Shown in pieces: positions 56,833 through 64,000 of a stretch of 64,000 nucleotides of DNA (the first letter of the stretch is position 1; every line of letters starts with the position of its first letter). The notes beneath the pieces are model-generated. The model did no database searches. It saw nothing but the letters and a program-made list of their open reading frames with translations, and had not been told where the DNA came from. The stretch is taken from the NCBI GenBank assembly GCA_047285305.1, contig JBJBDL010000003.1:1888001-1952000 (forward strand). The letters run 5' to 3'. The stretch is from Synechococcus sp. (GTDB lineage: Bacteria > Cyanobacteriota > Cyanobacteriia > PCC-6307 > Cyanobiaceae). The position numbers were made by a program, and so were the translations under genes.

Positions 56833-58031
56833 TCTTCCGTGCTGACGAACGGCGCTAATGCAACAGCAGCCCGAAGCTCATCAAGGGAACACCCGGTGCT
56901 GGCCTGAAGAGCCTCAAGGGCATCCGCCTCGGCTTTGACGGTGCAACGGCCATCGGGGCGACGCACCTGTTTGGCAGCGACGGGGCCCCATGGCGTTTCG
57001 AGCACACCCTGCCGCCTCGGCAACACCCAGCGTCCCTGGCGCCGCTCCCGCAGGCCGATGCTGCTGCCAGCACTGAGCCAGAGGCTGCGGAGCTGATCGG
57101 CATCCCCATCCCGCACCAGAGCCGTCAGCAACTGGCCACTGCGGCCCTTTTTCATCAGCAACGGCTGCAATGCCACATCGATCGCTCCCGCATTACGCAA
57201 GCGATTCATCAACAACACAACCTCCTCTGGAGTGGCGTCATCAATCCAGGCTTCCTGCACTACCAACGACTCCCAACGGGGACCTTCCTCCGCAGTCGCG
57301 ACTGGAGTGTGCAGCACCAGGCGCACCAGGTTGGGGCGATCCAGCTGGCGGTGGCCGAGACCAACACCAACCTTTTCAGCCACCAAACGTTCAGGAGCGA
57401 CAAACTGATCCGCAAGAACCGACACCAGGGCGAGGCCAGTGGGCGTAACCAACTCTCCTTTGGGCAGATCTCCGCCCTGAATCAGAGGAATGCGGTGACG
57501 TCGTGCCAGTTCAAGCACGGCGGGAACGGGCACGGGCATCAGGCCATGGGCGGTTGCCACCGTTCCGCTCCCTGCAGGCAACGGGGAACAGACGATCCTG
57601 GCTGGATTGAGGTCGTCAATCGCCGCACAGACACCCACCACATCCACTAGGGCATCGATGGCTCCAACCTCATGGAAGTGAACGGCATCCACCGGAGTTC
57701 CATGCACGGTGGCTTCGGCTTCCGCCAGACGGGTGAACACAGCGAGCACCCGTTGTTTCAGCGATGGCGCCAAAGCAGCCGCATTGATCTGATCACGGAT
57801 CCCCGACCAATGGCGGTGGGGCGGCTGATCCTCAAGACCCTGCACATCAACGCGGATGCCTCGGAGACCGGCACTGCGCGCCTCCTGCCGAGTGAGGCGA
57901 TAACGCCCCGCCAAACCGAGGGCCGCCAGAGGCGACTCCACCACGGCCTGGTCCACACCCAGATCCAACAGTGCGGCCAGGAGCATGTCCCCTGCCAACC
58001 CTGTTGGTGCATCAATCCAAAGAGCGCTCAT
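56823..58031 (-). CDS. larC: Nickel pincer cofactor Ni-insertase LarC
   Basis: GLAGDMLLAAL, AEATVHG, VHFHEVGAIDA, GELVTPTG and MKKGR. Confidence 0.93.
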   Translation of the reverse strand: MSALWIDAPTGLAGDMLLAALLDLGVDQAVVESPLAALGLAGRYRLTRQEARSAGLRGIRVDVQGLEDQPPHRHWSGIRDQINAAALAPSLKQRVLAVFTRLAEAEATVHGTPVDAVHFHEVGAIDALVDVVGVCAAIDDLNPARIVCSPLPAGSGTVATAHGLMPVPVPAVLELARRHRIPLIQGGDLPKGELVTPTGLALVSVLADQFVAPERLVAEKVGVGLGHRQLDRPNLVRLVLHTPVATAEEGPRWESLVVQEAWIDDATPEEVVLLMNRLRNAGAIDVALQPLLMKKGRSGQLLTALVRDGDADQLRSLWLSAGSSIGLRERRQGRWVLPRRQGVLETPWGPVAAKQVRRPDGRCTVKAEADALEALQASTGCSLDELRAAVALAPFVSTEDWA

Positions 58032-58675
58032 CGCCCCAGACGCGGAGCCGCCTCCAACAGAACACCGGCCTGCTGGTCAAGCGCCTCACGCTGCTGACGC
58101 AACTGCTGCTCAACTTCACGCCGGGCGCGGCGCTGCTCCCGCTGGGCGGTGGCCACGTCATGGCCTGACAGTCCCCAAAGCCGTCCCAGCAAAGCGCGGT
58201 CATCGGCCCCTCCACGGGCCTTGCCGAAGACCACCGTCTCAGCGGCGATGCCGGCCTGAAGCACCCGGCTCCAACGGCGTAGATCCTCAAGCGGCATGCG
58301 GACGCTGTCCGGCACCGCAAACTCAGTGGCGCCGCTGCTACGCAGTCCTGCACGCACGCAGGCCAGGGTTCCAACCAGCACCTGATGAACAGGCAGTTGC
58401 TCCGCTTCAGCGATCAAAAAATGGCCCGCCTCATGCACCGCAATGCGACGCAAACGCTCCTGGCCACCGGGCAAAGCTTCGGCAATGATGTGTCCACCCA
58501 TGCCTTCCCAGGTGGCGGCATCAACACTGAGGGTGACAAGGGCACCCACAACCGCCACCACTATCCAAGCAGCAGACAGACCCAGGACAGGACCAAAAGC
58601 GCCGAGGGCGGTGATGCCGGCAACGGCCACTCCGGCCCGAAGTGCCCCCGTGGAGCCCTGCTCCCCCTCGGCCAT
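58028..58675 (-). CDS. Membrane protein with M41-like zinc-peptidase motif and no AAA domain
   Basis: Two TM helices; RIAVHEAGHFL, AGIAAE and GGADD. Confidence 0.78.
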   Translation of the reverse strand: MAEGEQGSTGALRAGVAVAGITALGAFGPVLGLSAAWIVVAVVGALVTLSVDAATWEGMGGHIIAEALPGGQERLRRIAVHEAGHFLIAEAEQLPVHQVLVGTLACVRAGLRSSGATEFAVPDSVRMPLEDLRRWSRVLQAGIAAETVVFGKARGGADDRALLGRLWGLSGHDVATAQREQRRARREVEQQLRQQREALDQQAGVLLEAAPRLGR

Positions 58676-59295
58676 CAGCTGCGAGCGCGGGAGGTGGCAC
58701 GGCCACGACCTCCCTTGGATTTGCCGCCACGCGTCGGCATCGGAGCAATCACTTCGTGATTTTCAAGGTGCAGTTCCTGGCCCTGACGGCGCAGGCCAAG
58801 ACTGACGAAGTGACGCAGGTTTTCGAGGGGAAGCTCTCCTTTGATCTGGAGTTTGAAGGGAAGCGGACGGTGGCCGTCGGCACGAGCCTGCTGTCGCACC
58901 TTCACCACCATTTCGCCGGTTTCAGGCTTGGTGAAGATCAACTCGCCTCGAACGGAGAAGAAGTCGTCCCCCTCCGGCAGGGTGTCGTAGGCATCGGCTT
59001 GATCTGGAGCCAGGGTGCTGGGTTCCCAGACCCCAGCGATCTGCAGATGCAGATGATCACTTTCACGGCTTCTGGGGTAAACGACCCAGAGGTGGGGTTG
59101 ATCCAGGGGCAGATGCCGCCGCATCAGTGTGAGCACCCGACCGAGAACGACGGTTTCCAGGGGAACCCCCTGGGCATCGGTCAAGGTGCCACGGGTAAGT
59201 TGCTCGGGGTCGGTTGGGGCGTAAGTGCCGCGCACAAGACCGATGGCCCGGTACTGCAACGGCTCTGTGACCGGGGGAATCGGATGGGCGCGCAT
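58675..59295 (-). CDS. Conserved cyanobacterial hypothetical protein
   Basis: HPIPPVTEPLQYRAIGLVRG, HLWVVYPR and FSVRGE; start re-picked. Confidence 0.78.
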   Translation of the reverse strand: MRAHPIPPVTEPLQYRAIGLVRGTYAPTDPEQLTRGTLTDAQGVPLETVVLGRVLTLMRRHLPLDQPHLWVVYPRSRESDHLHLQIAGVWEPSTLAPDQADAYDTLPEGDDFFSVRGELIFTKPETGEMVVKVRQQARADGHRPLPFKLQIKGELPLENLRHFVSLGLRRQGQELHLENHEVIAPMPTRGGKSKGGRGRATSRARS

Positions 59296-59388
59296 TGATG
59301 CTGATCCGGGCGGAGTCAAAAGCCCTTTCAAAGACTGTAGCCAGCCCACTGCGATCTCCTCAGCCTGAAGTGGCTGATTCGAGATCGG

Positions 59389-60201
59389 ATGCCCAGCCCG
59401 CGCCGGATTCTGTTGCTGCTGGCGTCCATGGTGGGGACTGCACTGGTCGGTTGGATCGCCGCGGCCTCCATGGCCCCGGAAACGCAAGCGCGCAGCAGTC
59501 GCCAGGCTGAAGATCTGCAGGTTGAGCTGCTGATGCAGCAGCTCCAGGACCAGGACGAACTCAGCGAAGCAGAACGGGGCCTGCTGCTGGAACGTTTGGT
59601 GACACTGGAGCTCCTGCAAGAAGCCGAAGTGGTGCTGCAACCGTGGCTGTCTGGCCGCTCCACGCCGCGCGAACTCACCCTGTTCAAAGCCGATCTGCAA
59701 CATCGCAATAGCCAGCCCGAGGCCGCCCGGCGCAGCCTCCAACATCTGCTGCGGCTGCATCCGAATGATCTGCAGGTTCTGCAACTGCCGGTGCTCCTGG
59801 ACCAAGAGCAGGTACGTCACTGTCAGGTGACAGCAGAGCTCACCGACCGGTTCAAGGGCCTGGAACCTGGCCAGCGTTTGGAGATCGGTTTGCTTTTGGC
59901 TGATCTCCTGCGACAGACCGGATCCGATCAGACCGCGATGAGGTTGTACGGCCAGCTGGCCACAGAGAACAAGACAGATGCAAGACCCTTGCTGGCCTTG
60001 GCCCTATTGCAGCAAGAGCAAGGCAAATCGGAAGCGGTTCAAACCCTGCTCGAGCAAGCCCGAGAACGGCGGGACGCCAACGGGAGGATCTATCTCTTAA
60101 ATGATGTTGTAGCAGCACAGCTGGGATTGAGCGCAGCCCGCAGCACCGGATCAGAATCCTCCAGCGCTACGGCTTCACTGGAGGGTTCTGATAGGCCTTG
60201 A
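59389..60201 (+). CDS. Membrane-anchored TPR-like helical repeat protein
   Basis: N-terminal TM; LLRLHPND and DARPLLALALL TPR-like helices. Confidence 0.65.
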   Translation: MPSPRRILLLLASMVGTALVGWIAAASMAPETQARSSRQAEDLQVELLMQQLQDQDELSEAERGLLLERLVTLELLQEAEVVLQPWLSGRSTPRELTLFKADLQHRNSQPEAARRSLQHLLRLHPNDLQVLQLPVLLDQEQVRHCQVTAELTDRFKGLEPGQRLEIGLLLADLLRQTGSDQTAMRLYGQLATENKTDARPLLALALLQQEQGKSEAVQTLLEQARERRDANGRIYLLNDVVAAQLGLSAARSTGSESSSATASLEGSDRP

Positions 60202-60451
60202 GGGCCGCATCAATGGCATCGGAGGGTGGCGTGGCGTCGTCCATGGCCGTCGCCCGTCGGATCTGGTTCAACAAATCCATGGGGTTGGCGGCATCCAGAA
60301 TTGAGCCGCTGCCACTGGTGTCGCCGAAGATCTCGCGTTCCTCGCGGTTGTGAAAGGGAGCTTCAACCTGGGCCCCTGCACCCATCGGAATCGTCGTCAC
60401 CACCAGGGAAGACAGCACAGCCTGAGCGACAGCCGCAAGACGGCGAGACAT
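60167..60451 (-). CDS. Small exported hypothetical protein
   Basis: Signal-like N-terminus; NPMDLLNQIRRATAMDDATPPSDAID. Confidence 0.7.
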   Translation of the reverse strand: MSRRLAAVAQAVLSSLVVTTIPMGAGAQVEAPFHNREEREIFGDTSGSGSILDAANPMDLLNQIRRATAMDDATPPSDAIDAALKAYQNPPVKP

Positions 60452-60506
60452 CAGCGGAATATGGAGTTACCTGATGCTAAGGGTCTTTGAGGCCACTGGA
60501 TCAGCC

Positions 60507-61340
60507 GTGAAGATCGCCACCTGGAACGTGAACTCGGTCCGCACGCGATTGGATCAGGTGCTCAGCTGGCTGGAGAGCGAGCAACCGGATCTGCTCTGTC
60601 TGCAGGAAACCAAGGTGGATGACCCTCTGTTCCCGCTGGAAGCCATCAAATCTGCTGGTTGGCACGTGCACATCCATGGCCAGAAGGCCTACAACGGCGT
60701 CGCCCTGATCAGCCGCGAGCCCTTGGAGGATGTGCGCTGCGGCTTTGTTGGGGAGCTCCCGAATGATGCTGAAGCGAACGATCTCGGCGCACAGAAGCGC
60801 GTGATCAGCGCACTACTGAATGGCGTTCGCGTGCTCAACCTCTATGTCCCGAATGGATCGAGCCTGAAGTCGGAGAAATACCCCTACAAATTGGCCTGGC
60901 TCGGCTGCCTGAAGCGTTATCTCGATGCACAAGAGCAACGCGGCGAGCCGCTCTGCATGGTCGGCGACTTCAACATCGGCCTCGAAGCACGCGATCTTCC
61001 TGACCCCGACCGCCAGACCGGCGGAATCATGGCGAGCGATGCCGAACGCCAGGCCCTTCGTGACGCACTCGGTGAACGGCTTCAGGACGTGTTCCGCGTA
61101 TTCGAACCGGACTCCGGACACTGGAGCTGGTGGGACTACCGGAGCGGTGCCTGGGATCGGGACCGAGGTTGGCGCATCGACCACATCTATCTATGCGACG
61201 AGCTGTTGGGACTCGCCCGCAGCTGCGTCATCCACAAAGGCATGCGCGGCAACCAACAACCCAGCGACCACGCCCCTGTCAGCGTTGACCTCGACTGGCC
61301 TCCAACCGATGACAACGAAGAGGATGAACCGTTCTTCTGA
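60507..61340 (+). CDS. xth: Exodeoxyribonuclease III
   Basis: ATWNVNS, LQETK, YNGVA, GDFN, SWWDYR, RIDH and SDH. Confidence 0.97.
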   Translation: MKIATWNVNSVRTRLDQVLSWLESEQPDLLCLQETKVDDPLFPLEAIKSAGWHVHIHGQKAYNGVALISREPLEDVRCGFVGELPNDAEANDLGAQKRVISALLNGVRVLNLYVPNGSSLKSEKYPYKLAWLGCLKRYLDAQEQRGEPLCMVGDFNIGLEARDLPDPDRQTGGIMASDAERQALRDALGERLQDVFRVFEPDSGHWSWWDYRSGAWDRDRGWRIDHIYLCDELLGLARSCVIHKGMRGNQQPSDHAPVSVDLDWPPTDDNEEDEPFF

Positions 61341-61346
61341 TCCTGT

Positions 61347-62798
61347 TCAGTAGACCTCGACGCCGGCGGGCAGCGTCACCATCCGTTTGGCCGATTCACC
61401 GCAGGTGCGCGGCGTGGGCAGCACCTTGCCGGGATTGGCACAGTTGTCTGGATCAAAAGCAGACCGCAAGAGCCCCATCGTTTCCAGGTCGTCGGGGCTG
61501 AACATCCAGTCGAGATAGCAGCGCTTGTCGGCGCCGACGCCGTGCTCTCCACTGATGCTGCCACCGGCATCAAGACACACCCGCAGGATGGCGGCACCGA
61601 GCTCCTTCACGCTCCGCTCCACGTTGGGCTGGTCCAGTGAATACAGGATCAGTGGATGAAGGTTGCCATCGCCGGCATGAAAAACGTTGGCCACAGGCAG
61701 GCCGTGCTCGTGGCTGAGCCGTTCAATCGCCGCAAGCACCGACGGAAGGCTGCTGCGGGGAACGACACCGTCTTGCACGTAATAGGTCGGCGTGATTTTT
61801 CCAACCGCTGAAAACGCAGATTTGCGGCCTTTCCAGAGCACCGCGCATTCCGTGGGGTCTTGGGCCCGACGCAGCCCACGGGCCCCTGCCGCGCGACAAA
61901 GCTCCTCAGCCCGTTCAGAAGAGGCCTGAACCTCAGCCTCCTGCCCATCAAGCTCAATCAGCAGAACAGCCGCTGCATCACGGGGGTACTCGTCGTAGCC
62001 GAAGAAATCATTGACGGCGTTGATGGTGACGTTGTCCATGATTTCCATCCCCGCCGGCAAGAGGCCGCTCGCGGTGACCGATCGCACCGCTTCCCCTGCC
62101 GCTTCCATCGTGGCGAAATCCGCCAACAGCACGTTCACGCACTCTGGAGCCCGAAGCAGGCGAAGGGTGATGGCCGTCGCGATGCCCAGCGTTCCTTCGC
62201 TGCCGATGAACGCACCACGTAGATCCAGTTCGGAGGATTCAGCCAGCCCGTTGCCCAACTGCGTGATAGTTCCGTCGGGCAGGACCACTTCAAGCCCCAG
62301 AACGTGATTGCTGGTCACGCCGTATTTGAGGCAGTGAACCCCGCCCGAATTTTCCGCCACATTGCCGCCGATGCTGCAAACCACCTGGCTGGAGGGATCC
62401 GGGGCGTAGTAAAACCCGTCACCTGCAACAGCGCGCGTCACCCAGCTGTTGATAACCCCGGGCTGCACCGTGACTCGCTGATTGGCCAGATCAAGATCGA
62501 GCACCCGACGCATGCGACTGGTCACCACCAGAAGCGCCTGCTGATCCACCAACGCTCCCCCCGAGAGGCCGGTGCCGCTTCCACGAGCCACAAACGGCAC
62601 ACCGTGTCGATGGCAGCACTGCAACACCGCAGCGACCTGTTCTGTGGTCTCCGGCAGCACCGCCAGGGGCGGACAGTGGCGCTCAAGCGTCAGTCCGTCA
62701 CAGTCGTAACTGAGCAGTTCCTGACGCTTCGCCACGATGGCCCGAGGGGGCAGACATCGGTGCAGATCCCTCTCCAGCACTGACCAGTCGTGGGCCAC
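61347..62798 (-). CDS. glcD: Glycolate dehydrogenase FAD subunit
   Basis: RGSGTGLSGG, PDPSSQ, ENSGGVHCLKYG, HAGDGNLHP and GEHGVG. Confidence 0.93.
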   Translation of the reverse strand: MAHDWSVLERDLHRCLPPRAIVAKRQELLSYDCDGLTLERHCPPLAVLPETTEQVAAVLQCCHRHGVPFVARGSGTGLSGGALVDQQALLVVTSRMRRVLDLDLANQRVTVQPGVINSWVTRAVAGDGFYYAPDPSSQVVCSIGGNVAENSGGVHCLKYGVTSNHVLGLEVVLPDGTITQLGNGLAESSELDLRGAFIGSEGTLGIATAITLRLLRAPECVNVLLADFATMEAAGEAVRSVTASGLLPAGMEIMDNVTINAVNDFFGYDEYPRDAAAVLLIELDGQEAEVQASSERAEELCRAAGARGLRRAQDPTECAVLWKGRKSAFSAVGKITPTYYVQDGVVPRSSLPSVLAAIERLSHEHGLPVANVFHAGDGNLHPLILYSLDQPNVERSVKELGAAILRVCLDAGGSISGEHGVGADKRCYLDWMFSPDDLETMGLLRSAFDPDNCANPGKVLPTPRTCGESAKRMVTLPAGVEVY

Positions 62799-62934
62799 AT
62801 CGATCTCGATCTGATCAAAGACTACGCATCAAAATGCGTGGGAAGTGGGCAATTAAGAAACACAGCAAACGGAACAGGTCGTTCCTGAGTCAGGATGTTG
62901 CACGGTTTGCATCAGCCCTTTGGCGTCGGTTCCA

Positions 62935-64000
62935 GTGACAGCTCCCGCGTTGAACACCAGCCACTCCCAGGCCATCTTCGGCGCAGCACAGGCCCTGATG
63001 CCCGGAGGTGTCAGCTCCCCTGTGCGGGCGTTCAAGTCTGTTGGCGGTCAGCCGATCGTGTTCGATCGGGTGAAGGGTCCCTATGCCTGGGACGTGGATG
63101 GCAATAAGTACATTGACTACATCGGGAGCTGGGGGCCGGCCATCTGCGGCCACGCCCACCCCGAGGTGATCGCAGCACTACAGGAAGCGATCGAAAAGGG
63201 CACCAGCTTCGGAGCACCTTGTGCCCTGGAAAACACCCTTGCCGAAATGGTGATCGACGCTGTACCCAGCGTTGAGATGGTGCGATTCGTCAACAGCGGC
63301 ACCGAGGCCTGCATGGCTGTGTTGCGCCTGATCCGTGCCTACACCGGCCGCGACAAGGTGATCAAGTTCGAGGGCTGCTACCACGGCCATGCGGACATGT
63401 TCCTGGTGAAAGCCGGTTCCGGTGTGGCCACACTTGGCCTGCCAGACTCCCCCGGGGTCCCGCGCAGCACCACGGCCAACACCCTTACCGCGCCTTACAA
63501 CGACCTCGAAGCTGTTAAGGCCCTGTTCGCCGAGAACCCCGACGCCATCGCAGGCGTTATCCTCGAGCCGATCGTCGGCAACGCCGGCTTCATTCAACCC
63601 GAACCCGGCTTCCTTGAAGGTTTGCGGGAACTCACCAAAGAGCACGGCGCTCTGCTGGTGTTCGACGAGGTGATGACCGGCTTCCGGATCAGTTACGGCG
63701 GTGCCCAGGCGCATTTCGGCGTCACCCCAGATCTCACGACCATGGGCAAGGTGATCGGTGGCGGCCTTCCCGTGGGCGCCTACGGCGGCCGCGCCGACAT
63801 CATGGGAATGGTGGCCCCTGCTGGCCCGATGTATCAAGCCGGAACCCTCAGTGGTAACCCCCTGGCGATGACCGCCGGCATCAAGACCCTGGAACTGCTC
63901 AAGCAGCCCGGCACTTACGAGAAATTGACGGCCACAACCCAGAAGCTTGTGGCAGGCATCAAGGACGCCGCCCAATCAGCTGGTATGCCGATCACGGCGG
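62935..64000 (+). CDS. hemL: Glutamate-1-semialdehyde 2,1-aminomutase (runs off the window end)
   Basis: Manual translation: [42 protein letters not shown] and GKVIGGG. Confidence 0.97.
   Translation, partial: MTAPALNTSHSQAIFGAAQALMPGGVSSPVRAFKSVGGQPIVFDRVKGPYAWDVDGNKYIDYIGSWGPAICGHAHPEVIAALQEAIEKGTSFGAPCALENTLAEMVIDAVPSVEMVRFVNSGTEACMAVLRLIRAYTGRDKVIKFEGCYHGHADMFLVKAGSGVATLGLPDSPGVPRSTTANTLTAPYNDLEAVKALFAENPDAIAGVILEPIVGNAGFIQPEPGFLEGLRELTKEHGALLVFDEVMTGFRISYGGAQAHFGVTPDLTTMGKVIGGGLPVGAYGGRADIMGMVAPAGPMYQAGTLSGNPLAMTAGIKTLELLKQPGTYEKLTATTQKLVAGIKDAAQSAGMPITA

Noticed and set aside
27592..59820. Long N-terminal extensions in ORF-track versions of lepB (to 28689), priA (to 43443) and the hypothetical gene ending at 58675 (to 59820)
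   Set aside because: The extensions overlap divergent genes or promoters and lack family similarity; shorter starts were chosen
418..63975. Many long antisense ORFs (e.g. 418-1083, 2535-3470, 5316-6386, 34601-35683, 50659-51804, 63178-63975)
   Set aside because: They lie opposite well-supported genes and carry no motifs; these are the expected shadow frames in GC-rich coding DNA

Overview
GC-rich chromosomal window from a cyanobacterium. Gene content and order (psb27, EF-hand transaldolase, Lys/Ala-extended RpoD, two family I PPases, futBC, short DUF genes) point to a marine Synechococcus; this assignment is inference, not a database result. About 90% is core housekeeping: proB, ruvX, furC, hisA, tal, ftsI, lepB, proS, purA, cobK, ssb, argB, priA, rpoD, hemC, ppa, futBC, larC, xth, glcD, hemL. 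I see no rRNA, tRNA, CRISPR array, integrase or transposase. The non-routine parts are five. (1) A more AT-rich, decaying accessory islet at about 9.87-14.2 kb holds a CBS pseudogene, a dCTP deaminase pseudogene, many micro-ORFs and an intact extra petF-type ferredoxin with a perfect NtcA box upstream. (2) A tightly coupled four-gene operon runs pdeM-like nuclease, divergent phosphodiester-glycosidase-like membrane protein, Sfp-type PPTase, small membrane protein. (3) A candidate Yfr1-like small RNA lies downstream of rpoD. (4) A cluster of signalling-type genes surrounds a GluR0-like K+ channel. (5) Probable pseudo-enzymes (PPase-1, PyrC-like) and an L,D-transpeptidase remnant are present. 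I cannot claim a demonstrably new system from sequence alone. The best candidates are the pdeM-PPTase operon and the rpoD-downstream sRNA. Many start codons were re-picked from the ORF track by eye and are approximate.
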